A DNA stretch of 64,000 nt from Selaginella moellendorffii (lineage: Eukaryota; Plantae; Lycopodiophyta). Of this stretch, positions 34,058-45,390 are shown piece by piece. The notes beneath the pieces were generated by a model. That model had not been told where the DNA came from and did not search any database. It saw only the letters and a list, made by a program, of their open reading frames with translations. The first letter of the stretch is position 1. Each line of letters begins with the position of its first letter. The position numbers and the translations under genes are program-made. The stretch covers positions 329,421 through 393,420 of the forward strand of contig NW_003314329.1 of the NCBI RefSeq assembly GCF_000143415.4. The letters are read 5' to 3'.

Positions 34058-35852
34058 ATGGCGCTCAATCTCACAACGAGCGCGTTCGTGGGTGTGGAGC
34101 ACGCAATGGCCGCCGCCATGGGCAGCCGCCGCTTGGTTCTGCGTGCCAGCCACATTGCTTCCTCGCGCAGCGCTCGAGATTGGTCATCGCCATCTCCTCT
34201 TCTGCTCAAACAGGTAAGAAAATCTTAGTTCTTTAGTTCTTCTCCTCATTGATTCATCGCAGAAAGAGGAAGAGGAGGAAACACTCCAGGGAAGAACACC
34301 ACAGCACTCTCGTTTTCTTCCGCCAGACAAGGAAGGAGGAGGAGGAACCGCGAAGCCGGAGAAGATGAAGAAGCCATCGATCAAGGTGACGAGACCATCT
34401 CCCGGATTCAGTCCTTTCAGCGCACAGGGATTCGCGTCGCTCAAGCTGTCACCCAAGCTCGTCCAGAAGCTGGACGAGATGAATCTCAAGTCGCCCACGC
34501 AAGTCCAAGCGTCCGCCATCCCAGTGCTCCTCGATGGCCACGACGCTGCCATGCAATCCTACACTGGCTCCGGGAAGACGCTCGCCTACTTGCTGCCAAT
34601 TCTCTCCACGATCGGGCCCTTCGCGGACGCTGGAGGAGACGAGTCCGCGAGGAAGACTGGCGCGATCGACGCGGTGATCGTCGCGCCGTCCCGGGAGCTG
34701 GCAATGCAGATCGTCCGCGAGGCCGAGAAGCTCCTGGGTGACGAGCACCGGCGGCTTGTCCAGCAGCTCATAGGTGGCGCCAACTTGAAGCGCCAGGCCG
34801 AGGCTCTCAAGAAGAACAAGCCCATGATCATCGTTGGAACTCCCGGGAGGATCTCCGAGTTTAGCCGCGCAGGGAAGCTCCACACGCACGGATGCCGGTT
34901 TCTCGTGTTCGACGAGGCGGACCAGGTGCTCTCCATGAAGTACCGCGACGACATGAAGCGAATCCTCGAGCATGTTGGAACTCGGAGAGCCTCTTCCTCG
35001 TCCTCGTCCTCCTCAAACTCGCAGCCGCAAAGATTAGAGAGGCAGACGATCCTCGTCTCGGCGACCATGCCGCCGGCTCTTCTGAAAGCTGCGGAGGACT
35101 GGGGGCACAAGCCACTGCTCGTCAAGGCCGCAGCAGCGACGTCAACCAGCCAGAGCTCGTCAGAGGTGGATTCGCAACAACAGAAAAGGTGGTCGAGTGA
35201 TCCTGACGTGAGAGGAGCCCGGGAGAGCTTACCACCCAACCTCCGGCATTGCTACGTGATCAGCCCCGCCAGGCACCGCGTCTCCACGCTCCGGAGGTGC
35301 ATCAACGCGCTGGATCCTCAGTCCGTGCTCGTGTTCATGAACTTCTCGCGGCGTCTCAAGGACACCATGTTCAAGCTCCAGGCCGGAGGGATCGACGTGA
35401 GCTGCCTCCACGGCGACAAAGGAAAGCTTGGCCGGAGCAACACACTCACTGCTTTCAAGGCCGGGAAGATCCGGGTGCTGGTGGTGAGTGAAGTTGGAGC
35501 TCGCGGTATCGACGTTCCCGAGTGTGATCTCGTCGTCAACTTGGAGCTCCCGACGGATGCTACGCACTACGCGCACCGGGCTGGGCGGACGGGGAGGCTG
35601 GGCCGCGGTGGAACCGTGCTCACCATATGCGAGGAGCGGGAGAAGTTCGTGGTGGACAAGTTTGAGAAGCAGCTCGGGCTCCAGATCGACCAATGCGAGG
35701 TCGCGTGTGGGGACGTGAGCCTGGAAGAAGAGGACCAACTTGACGAAGAAGACGAAGATGAAAGAAAGAGTTTTCAAAGCCGCCATAGCCAAAGAAACGA
35801 AGGTTACAAGAGGAGGACGACGATGCGTCCTTCTTTCGGTATGGAAGCTTGA
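34058..35852 (+). CDS. ISE1: DEAD-box RNA helicase RH47/ISE1-like (2 exons)
   Basis: Q-motif SPTQVQ; QSYTGSGKTLAY; APSREL; DEAD; SAT; ARGIDVPECDLVVNLELPTDATHYAHRAGRTGRLG. Confidence 0.82.
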
Positions 35853-36151
35853 AAGTTCTTCGTACAAAGCCCCCAAAAGGAGAAGAAAAGAAGCTTTTTT
35901 TTCAAACGGGAGCGCCTTTGTTTTTTGCAAAGGAGAGATCCCCGCCAGAGCTAGAGATCGTTTGTGAATTGTGTCGAATCGACGGTCCCGGCTCGGCCAC
36001 GTCACGCTGGAAGCAATCTGCTGCTACTGATGGCGATGGCCGCCGCGGTTCTCTCTCCAGCGAAGTAAGGATGCGTCTTAGTGGCGCTTGGGTCGTCTCC
36101 TCCTCTTAGTAGCTAAGCTGCATTGCTCCATCTCGATCGATCAAGCTCGCA

Positions 36152-38642
36152 ATGGGCTCGAGGCCTCATCTTCTCGCATTGCTCTCGGCACTAGCAGCAT
36201 TAGCAGCGCTGGGGGGAGCTCGGGCAGCTCGCAGCGATGCCGCGATTCTACTCGACGTGAAGCGCGGCTTGGATCCCAGAGGTGAGGTTTTGGCGTCGTG
36301 GGTCGCGGGCAAAGATCCGTGTGGGGCGGAGGATGGATTCGTGGGCGTGGCCTGTGACTCGCGAGGAAGGGTCACCAACGTTTCTTTGCAAGGCAGGGGT
36401 CTCGAGGGAAGCATTCCAGCGGCCATTGGCGAGCTCTCCTCGCTCACAGCTTTGTATCTTCATTACAACAGCCTCTCCGGGAGCATTCCATCGTCACTGG
36501 CATCGCTCACTGGTCTCACCGACGTCTATCTCAACGTCAACAAGCTCTCGGGTGCCATTCCTTCGCAGCTCACCTCTCTTCGCAACCTCCAAGGTTCTTC
36601 CCATGATCATCATCATCTTCCTTTTGCTAGAACTTTCTTTGTTTCAACTTTGGCAGCTCTCCAGCTCTGCTGCAATGATCTGAGTGGTCCCATCCCTGAC
36701 GCGCTTGGTCATCTCGGCTTGCTCAATCTCCTGGCACTGCAGCACAACCATCTCGACGGACGGATCCCCGCCTCGCTGGGCCAGCTCTCGTCGCTCAAGC
36801 ACTTGGACCTCAGCTTCAACAGTCTCTCGGGTCCCATTCCCGCGGCACTAAACAACTTGGCCCAGATCACTGTTCTGGATGTTCGCAGCAACAAACTCTC
36901 GGGCTATGTCCCAGCAGGCAAGCGAAAACTTCTCATCGCTTCAAACTCTAAGTTGGTGGTGATCTTCGCGAGAACTTATACGATCGATCGTTTTGCGCAG
37001 GACTGCGAAGCTTGGAAACTGGATTTGCCTACAGCAACAACACTGGCTTGTGCGGTGTGGGCTTTCCAAGTCTTCCTTACTGCAGCGGCTCCGGAGCATC
37101 ATCCTTGCAGCGTCCACAGCCTTTTGGAGCGGTCGCTCCGGAGCATGCTGCTACGGGCCCTTCGACAGCCACGAATCCTCGAGCTCGCGGCCACATTCCA
37201 AATCTCGTGGAGCCGCAAGCCAAGCCAGGGAACGCTGCCACCGTCGCTCAAACCGTAGCCAAGCGTGCTCCTCTCTCCACAAACTCCTCGTCCAGGATCC
37301 CGCAGATGGCGGTCATCGGCGGTGTCGTGGCCGTCACCGGCGGAGTGCTGCTTGCGATGCTCATGTCGTTCGTGTGGTTTCGGAGGCACAAGCAGAGAAT
37401 CAGCAGTACTCATGACAGCAGCGGTGGGATCAAGGTGGCGATCATGGACATTCTCTCTCCGGAGCAGACCAAGAGCAAGAGCGGCGGCGATGGCGGCGGC
37501 AAAGGCAGCAGTCTCCACCTGGTGGCGCCGCTGGCCATGCAAAGCATCAACGCACCGAAGAGCCTGGTTGGATCCTCGATGAGGAGCTTCCAGTATCGGC
37601 TGGAGGAACTGGAGGTGGCGACGAACTATTTCTCGGATAAGTACCTCCTGGCCAGGAAGAGCAGCCTGTCGATCTACAGGGCGGTGGTGAGGGACGGATC
37701 CACCGCCGTGATCAAGTACTTCACCAAGACGAGATTCGTGGGTGGCGAGGAGGAGTTTGAGGCTGCGCTGAGCTCCTTCGTGCAGCTCAAGCATGACAAT
37801 CTCGTCAAGCTCAAGGGCTTTTGCTGCGTCCAAGGAGGACTCCAGTGCTACCTCGTCTACGACTTCGTGCCGAATGGATCGCTCTTCGAGCACTTGCACG
37901 GCCCGAGCGTGTCACCTTTGGACTGGGGAACCAGAGTCCAGATCGCCCATGGAGTTGCCAAAGGTACGTAAGCTTGCATGGCTATGGAGTCCTAATCTAA
38001 TACTCGAGATACTGCTACTACGCAGGATTGGATTACCTCCATCGCAATGGCGAGCAGGTCATCGTGTGGGCTTCCAACGTCCTCTTGGACGAGAGCTACA
38101 ATGCTCTTGTGTCGAGCTGGGGTCACAACAAGGTGCTCGCGGACGAGCTCGTCTATGCCAATATCAAGACATCGGCAATGCTGGGCTACTTGGCACCCGA
38201 GTATGGAGTGATCGGCCACCTCCACGAGAAGAGCGACGTGTACGCGTTTGGGATCTTGCTGCTGGAGCTCCTCACGGGACGCAAGCCCATGTACGCGGAC
38301 GGCAGCAGCTTGTCGGTCACCAATCTCGCCAACTTTGTGAGGCCGCTCTTCGACTCCGGCCATCTCGACACCGCCATCGATCCGTCCTTGGGGACCAAGT
38401 TTTCGGCGACTGGTGCGATTGGTATGGCCAGCATCGCGTTCTCGTGCGTGGCGCCAGTGCCGCAGCTGCGGCCAAGCATGGGACAGGTCGTGCAGAGGTT
38501 GTATGAGATCGAGACTCTGGCCGATGGTGCAGGAGCTTCCGCCACTGCCGACGCAGGATTCTCGTCTTCCGGAGAGGAGTGTACCTCGTACCCGACCCGG
38601 CAGCAGGCTGCGTACGCGGAGATGCTGGACTATGGACGCTAG
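36152..38642 (+). CDS. LRR receptor-like kinase (LRR-IV-like), probable pseudokinase (4 exons)
   Basis: Signal peptide, LRRNT cap (LASW..DPC..GVAC), about 6 plant LRRs and a transmembrane segment. Kinase domain has LVYDFVPNGSL, GYLAPEY and KSDVYAFG but lacks the HRD and DFG motifs. Confidence 0.88.
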
Positions 38643-38952
38643 CAAGCTTCTCTAACGTCAAGCTAGCTCTAGGAGATCATCGAACGAAAGAACACACTCA
38701 CTCACACACATTGCCAACTTTGTGTTGTCTGTAACTTGTACCATGAATCCTTGCTCTAACCGTTTGCATTGATCGATCTATTCTTGAGTTACACAAGTTC
38801 TTAGATCATGTTCCTTCCGATTGAGAGACGAGGATTATATCGAACGGAAGAACACACTCACAAACATGCCAACTCTGTGTTTTATCTGTAACTTGTCTTT
38901 GCTCTACGCTTTGCATAGATAGAGTTACACAAGTTCTTGCTCGTCGATGAGA

Positions 38953-41120
38953 TCATGCTCCTTCCGATTGAGACGAGGAGAGCTGCGACTGAGAATCAAA
39001 CGACTCCGGGGATGCGTTGCCGCGTATCTCCTCGATCATCCGGACAACTTGGCTCATCTTGGGCCGCGCATCCGGCGAGTGAGCGACGCAGGCCATGGCA
39101 GTCTGCAGCAGCCCCACCATCTCCTCCTCGATGTCTCTATACCTCATGAGCTCCAGATCGAACACCTCGGCTGTCCATTCCTCCCGCACCACCGACTGCA
39201 CCCAGCGCGGGAGATCATGCACGCCGTCGCGCTGCACCGGAGCTTTCCCCGTCAGGATCTCCAGCAGCAGCACGCCGAAGCTGTAGACGTCGCCCTTCTG
39301 CGAGATCCTCCTCGTCTCCCAGTGCTCCGGAGCCCGGTATCCCACCAGCCTGGAGCAAGCCGCCGAGTTCATGAGCAGCGCCAGGCCAAAGTCCCCGATG
39401 CGCGCCACCCCGTTTCTATCCAAGAACACGTTGCTCGACTTGATGTTCCCGTGCGGTATCTTGTGAGAACCGCTCTCCTGGTGGATGTACGCCAGACCTC
39501 TCGCAGCTCCAAGCGCGATGTTGATCCGGGTGGTCCAATCCACGGGTACACGTCCTGGTCCTCGGTTGCCTACAGAAAGAGACATCACACAAGCTTAGAC
39601 GTCGATCGAAGAGATGGAATGGAAAACCAACCATGGAGCAAGCTATGGAGGCTGCCATTGGGCATGTAGTCGTAGACGAGGAGCTTCTCATCCTTGGCGT
39701 AGTAGTACGCTTGGAGCTGGACCAGATGCGGGCTTCGCATCCTCCCAATCAACTCGATGTGCTGCTCGAAATCCTTCCGGCTGGTGGAAGTCACGTCCTT
39801 GAGCCGCTTCACCGCCACGACGTAGCCATCGACGAGCATGGCCTTGTATGCCGAGCCCAGGCTCCCCTTGCCGAGCATCTCCGCCGAGGCTCGTAAGAGA
39901 TGCTCCAGATCGAAGCTGGGAGCTTGTCCGCTACCACCGCCACCCACGAAGACGAGCTTGTTGTTGGTGTTGTTGCTGATCATGGAGGACACGGACACGG
40001 GGTGATCGGTGTCGAATTCCACGGCACTGGCGGCCGCGGGGACTGTTCTTGGCTTGGACGCGTACGTGCCGTGCTTGCTCTGCTGATCCAGCTGCGATCC
40101 AAATCCGGACGCGCTGCTGCTGCTCCTGTCCTCGAACTTACGACCACGTCGCCCACTCCTTCGCCAGTAGTAGACGAGGAACATCGAAGTCATGAGCACC
40201 AGCACGACGGCATCGCCCACTACGATGGCGATGATGGCTCCGGTGCTTAGCTGCTGCTGCTTCTTGCGTGAATGTCTCGTGGTGGACGCTGGAGTACTGC
40301 TCGTGTCGTTGGAATGCGAAGGCATGGCCAGAGAGGATGGAACGTAGGCGCGAAATGGTGGTGGTGGATCGATGGTATGGTCCGGAGAGGGTGCTGGCGA
40401 TGGTGGCTCTAGAATGCTAGCACAGCGCGGGAGAGGCGAGCCACACAGCCCCGCATTGCCAGCGAAGGTGGAAGCATTGAAACGCTCGAGAGTTTTGGGG
40501 ATGGTACCTCGCAGCTGGTTGGCCGAGACGTTGAAATCGTTGAGCATGGTGAGATGGGCGAGCGGCGGGAGCGCGGACGAGAGCTCGTTCCCCTCGAGAC
40601 GCAGCGTGAGGAGATTCGTGAGCGCGTCCATGGAGCTGGGGACTGGACCCGAGAGCCTGTTGTTGGAGAGATCGAGCCGCCACAGGTGAGCGAGCTGGGA
40701 GATGGATCTTGGGATGGATCCGGAGAGATGGTTGCCGCCCAAGAACACGAACTTGACATTCCTCCAGTTGGTCAGGTCGGGAGGAATGCTCCCATTGAGC
40801 GCGTTGTTCTTGAGGCTGAGCAGCCGGAGGGAGCGCAAGCGCAGCAGCGAGTCGATGCCCCCCACCAGATCGTAATCCTCCAGGACGAGCTTGGAAACGC
40901 GGCCCTTGACGCACGACACGCCCACCCATTGCGTGCACAGGTTGCTTCCTCTCCCCCAGCTCCTTAGCCTTCCACCATTCCAATCCGCGGATTGCTTGAA
41001 TGCCAGTAGCGCTTCCACCTCCTGCTGAGCGCCCAGATCACCTCCTACCTCTAGCGCCACCGCCACCGCCGCCGCTAGCGCCACCACCACCACCACCACC
41101 ACCACCACCAGCGGCTTCAT
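38953..41120 (-). CDS. LRR receptor-like kinase, LRR-III subfamily (2 exons)
   Basis: Signal peptide, about 5 LRRs and a transmembrane segment. FDLEHLLRASAEMLGKGSLG; HGNIKSSN; DFG; GYRAPE; SVVREEWTAEVFD. Confidence 0.92.
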
Positions 41121-41663
41121 CTCTCGCTCTCTTTTCTTTCAAGAGAGCTCTACGCTCATCATGGCACCTAGCCTATGCTATATCGCGCTCTGGCGCTCCA
41201 ATGCTTGCTTGTTTTGCGTGTTTTAGCTTTGGTTGTGAGATTTTCCATAAGGTTTGGATGATCATCCAGCCCCCAAATCACGGGATCAAGCAGGGAATCA
41301 CCCAACTCTCTGCCCGCAAGCCTGCCAAACATGTCACTAGCACTTAATCTCAACTGACCGTTGCAACCTGGCTCTCGTGAGTGGGGGGGACTGTCACCCA
41401 GGCCCCTACACAAAGAAACAAAAGCCCGGTACACAAACAGTGTGTATCTAGCAACTTCCTCTTGATTATAAATATGGAGTCAAAGACGCAATCATCTTTA
41501 CAATGAGAAAAACATGGCCAAGAGATTCTTAGATCGAGGAAGAATATACAAATAGAAAAAGGTTTGCCCCACTGAGTGGAAATACGCGTCAAAGAGGACT
41601 CTTATAGTTGGCTCAAGCGATGGATGTCATCTTTTTCGAGTCTGGGCACGGCAGCCACAGCTG

Positions 41664-42815
41664 GTGGATTGCCGGCCGCCGCGGTTTATAATCGCCCAAG
41701 AAGCGCGAGCGACAGAAGAGACAATGGAAGAGACCATGGAAGAGACAAGATCTTCTACTCCAGGTAAGTCGAAGAAGAGGGTTGTGATCAAGATCAAGGC
41801 CAAGAGAGCCGCGAGCAACACTGCTCGTCTGGTTGGATGCGCGGGCGTGGCAGTCGTGGGCCTAGTCGTGGATGTTCCAGCGGTTTGCGGCATAGCCGTG
41901 GCCAAGGCTCCAGTTTTCCTGTGGAAGGGATGGAAGCAAGAGGTGATCAACATGGAAGAGTGCGTGGAAGATGGCGTTTGCTCGAGGCCGATTTGCTTGC
42001 CAGTCACGGGCGCCATGCTCGCGCTCTGGCCCGCGAGAGTGGCCGCGTCTCTAGGATCCGCGCTGCTCTACAGCCTCGCAAAGGGCTTCAACGGCGCGGT
42101 GGTGGCTTACCGGGAGAAATCCATCCGCTGTGGCCTCAAGCACGTCATCGCGGCCATCGCCGAGTATGACGAGCTCAGCAACGACATGATCCATCTCAGG
42201 CAAGGGACTTGTCTCCCAAAGCCGGCGTATAGGAAGAATCACCGCCATCGTCACCGCCGCGATCAAGAACCAGCTGATGATCTAGTACACGAGCGCGAGC
42301 AGCAAAAGCGAGGCCTGGGCGTTTCATTCCACGTGATTCGCGAGATGGATCTCGGCGAGCTCTTCGAGTTCATGAGCTCCGGCTATGGCCCGCGCCTGAT
42401 CGAGCAGGGCCTGCTGGCCTCCACCGACAAGTTGACCGTGGAGTCGGCAGCGTTGACTATTCTTTCGTACTTGTTGACGTCAACGAAACAAGAGGAACGC
42501 GGACATGACCATTACTACGATTCGCTGGAGACCCTGCAACGTCAGATCTTAGAGGCTGAGCTGGATGCCACGGAGGAGCAGTACCTCTATGACATGGTGC
42601 TGCGTCGGCAGGGCGGTTTTCGCGAGCTAGATCCAATCCGTGGCGCGATGCTGCAGGCCTTTGGACGTAGGATCCGAGGAATCTCCGCGTTCTTGTCCAG
42701 GAACCCAGAGTTTCGGAAGCAGTATGAGGCAGCCATGGATTCTACTGCTGCTAGCACTGCATTGGATCATCCAGATCGATCAGTGGTAATGGAGGACATG
42801 ATAAGTTTCGATTGA
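41664..42815 (+). CDS. Uncharacterised plant membrane protein (At3g27390-like), single ORF; start uncertain
   Basis: IAVAKAPVFLWKGW..CLPVTGAMLALWP..AVVAYRE..EYDELSNDMIHLRQGTCLPKPAYRK resembles this conserved plant family (from memory). Confidence 0.6.
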   Translation: MDCRPPRFIIAQEARATEETMEETMEETRSSTPGKSKKRVVIKIKAKRAASNTARLVGCAGVAVVGLVVDVPAVCGIAVAKAPVFLWKGWKQEVINMEECVEDGVCSRPICLPVTGAMLALWPARVAASLGSALLYSLAKGFNGAVVAYREKSIRCGLKHVIAAIAEYDELSNDMIHLRQGTCLPKPAYRKNHRHRHRRDQEPADDLVHEREQQKRGLGVSFHVIREMDLGELFEFMSSGYGPRLIEQGLLASTDKLTVESAALTILSYLLTSTKQEERGHDHYYDSLETLQRQILEAELDATEEQYLYDMVLRRQGGFRELDPIRGAMLQAFGRRIRGISAFLSRNPEFRKQYEAAMDSTAASTALDHPDRSVVMEDMISFD

Positions 42816-42888
42816 CACTCAGAGGCAAAACTTTTGAAAACTGGAATGAATTCTGTACACAAGAAAACTCTTGAGCTTATGCATGGTT

Positions 42889-43560
42889 TTAGTCTCCACT
42901 TTGTAACGAGGGGGAAGAAGATGATGTGGTCGCATTCTCAGGGAGTGGTGGCATGGGTCTGAAAGACTGCCTCCTTCTGAAGTATGATGTCCTCAATGGC
43001 CTCCTCACATACTTTCCTGAAGGTGGAGACCAAGGTATGGAGTTTTCTCTGCAGCAACCGTCCAATGCATCCGTGCTAGGACTGCTTGAATCTCCTGGAT
43101 CATTCTTGGAAATCAGCTGCTCCAAAGAGTTGATCTTGACGTTGTTCTCCAAGTTCTCTTTGTTATGCACTCGATGCTCTTTGATCTCTCCTGAATCCTT
43201 TGGAAGCACAACAGATTTCTTCCCTTGATCAGCCTGTGCTTGCAAACCTTCCTTTCTTAACAGGCTCGCCACCGTGTGGAAAGTGAGGAGATAGAACATG
43301 TGGCCCGGCATGAGAATCACATCCGGTGTGAGAAGCGCTGCGCTCACAGGTGAAACACGAAACACATCGGGTCGTGTTACATAGTAGTGCTGTGTGCTTT
43401 GCATCACATCTCCTGCCCTCACGGGGCCACGGACTTGCACCACTTTACCTCCTGGCTTGACGAGCTTGACATAGCCTCCTCCACCATCTCTAGCGCTCGC
43501 ACCTTTGCCGCTGCTGCCAATGGCCTGTGAGGACGAATTCATGAGAATTAGTTCCCGCAT
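42889..43560 (-). CDS. DUF4228/PADRE-like protein
   Basis: VKLVKPGGKV..GPVRAGDVM....YYVTRPDVF...LLTPDVILMPGHMFYLL matches the DUF4228 pattern. Start codon uncertain. Confidence 0.65.
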   Translation of the reverse strand: MRELILMNSSSQAIGSSGKGASARDGGGGYVKLVKPGGKVVQVRGPVRAGDVMQSTQHYYVTRPDVFRVSPVSAALLTPDVILMPGHMFYLLTFHTVASLLRKEGLQAQADQGKKSVVLPKDSGEIKEHRVHNKENLENNVKINSLEQLISKNDPGDSSSPSTDALDGCCRENSIPWSPPSGKYVRRPLRTSYFRRRQSFRPMPPLPENATTSSSSPSLQSGD

Positions 43561-43738
43561 TCTGTGGATCAGGCCTCCTGCTGGTTGCTTGCTATGCATG
43601 CCAGATCGCAACTTCGTTCCAGCATGAAGGCAAGAGAGGCGCTTTGCTTTGAGCTCTGGACGAAACACCCAACATCACAAGGTGACAAAGGGACTGGATA
43701 AGAACGCAGGCAACCAAGTGAGGTTAAAAACTCTGAGC

Positions 43739-45223
43739 ATGGGCATCCGGCTTGCGGACATCGCGTCTTGGAATACGAGGATCAGAGCGCTGGCCTGCTG
43801 CGGCTTAGCTCCCGATGCCGAGGCGCTCTTTGAGATCATGCCCATGAGGAGCACCTCAACGTGGAATATCATGATTACGACATATGCCCAAGCTGGGCAA
43901 CTGTCGAAGGCGAGCATGGTTTTTGACGCTACGCCTGCACCCGATGTTGTATCTTGCAATGCGATGCTTCAGGCGTTTATCCGGTGTGGGGATTTGCATC
44001 GTGCATGGGCTTTCTTCTCTATGACGCTTTTGAAAAATATCATCACCTGGAACATAGCAGTTCAGGCGTTTGGATATCGCACTGTGTTTGCGTTGATGCC
44101 GTCCTGGAATGTAAGAACCTGCAATATCGTCGTAACTGCATATGCCAAGGAAGGGCAACTGCTGCATGCATGGAGAACCTTTGTGGACATACCTCACAGA
44201 GACGAAACCGCATGGAACTGCATCATTCAAGCCTTTGTCACAAACGGAGAGCTGAGAAAAGCGGAGAAACTCTTTGCCATGATGCCAGAGCACACGATAC
44301 TTTGCTGGAATGCAATGATTGTCACAAACATGCAGAGTGGAAACTTGGAGAAATCTGCTGCTTTGTTTAAAAGAATGCCTCACAGAGACATTATTTCTTG
44401 GAACGCATTGCTTACAGGTGACACAAGAGACTCTTGTTTCATTTCAGCGAGAAAAATGTTTGGTAGAATGCCAATGTGGAGCATTGCATCGTGGAATGCG
44501 TTGATTACAGCATATGCCAAATCTGGGCAAGACAGGCTTGCTCTTGGAGCCTTCCACTCGATGCAGCTTCAGGGTATTCGTGAGGAGATGGAAACACTTG
44601 CAATTCTTTTGGGGTCCTGTGCGAGTCTCACGGATCTTTCCCAAGGAAAGCTCATTCACTCCTGCTTCAATGTCAGACACTTGAATCTTCGACTCCAAAC
44701 AAAGAAGCATTCAAGAACAATGGTGTCAAGCGCGTTGATCAACATGTACGGAAGATGTGGCGCCATCCGAGACGCCCAAAACGTGTTTGAGACCACCCAA
44801 GATGCAAACGCAGTGTTGTGGAATGCTATGTTAGCAGCATTTGCCGCAAATGGGCACTTTGCAAAAGCCACCTCTGTGTTCTGGGACATGGTTTTTCAAG
44901 GTCTACATCCCACAACCTCAACTTTCTCCATTCTCCTGTCAATGTGCAGTCACGCAGGGCTGTGGAGCGAGGGCTACACATACTTCCTCTCCATGAAATC
45001 GGATTTCCACCTCCAGCCAAGTGAAGATCACTTTGTCTGCGTCGTAGATTTGATCGGTCGCTCTGGATGGCTTGGAGCTGCCGAGGAGCTCTTGCAATCC
45101 ATGCCATTCGAGCCCGGCGAAGTTGCGAGGCTGGCTTTGCTAGGAGCTTGTAGCAGCCACACCGAAGATCATATCCTCCCAGAAGCCAAGCTATGGACGT
45201 CTATGATTCTAATTAGTTCGTGA
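43739..45223 (+). CDS. PLS-class pentatricopeptide repeat protein (partial E domain, no DYW)
   Basis: Repeated 31-aa motifs (MP.R...WN.MI.AYA.G); ALINMYGRCGAI; CSHAGL; HFVCVVDLIGRSG; MPFEP..LLGAC. Confidence 0.88.
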   Translation: MGIRLADIASWNTRIRALACCGLAPDAEALFEIMPMRSTSTWNIMITTYAQAGQLSKASMVFDATPAPDVVSCNAMLQAFIRCGDLHRAWAFFSMTLLKNIITWNIAVQAFGYRTVFALMPSWNVRTCNIVVTAYAKEGQLLHAWRTFVDIPHRDETAWNCIIQAFVTNGELRKAEKLFAMMPEHTILCWNAMIVTNMQSGNLEKSAALFKRMPHRDIISWNALLTGDTRDSCFISARKMFGRMPMWSIASWNALITAYAKSGQDRLALGAFHSMQLQGIREEMETLAILLGSCASLTDLSQGKLIHSCFNVRHLNLRLQTKKHSRTMVSSALINMYGRCGAIRDAQNVFETTQDANAVLWNAMLAAFAANGHFAKATSVFWDMVFQGLHPTTSTFSILLSMCSHAGLWSEGYTYFLSMKSDFHLQPSEDHFVCVVDLIGRSGWLGAAEELLQSMPFEPGEVARLALLGACSSHTEDHILPEAKLWTSMILISS

Positions 45224-45390
45224 TCCATTGTCAGTCGATCGAATACATTGTAAAAATCCTTTCCCAGATGCCCAGTGGAAGAAGGAATTGGAGAGGTGTA
45301 AGTAAAGAGTGCATATACACGTCCTTGGCATGGCGATGGAGTGATGGAAGGAGATGGAAGGAGATGGAAGAAGAAGGAAGAATTGCCTAG

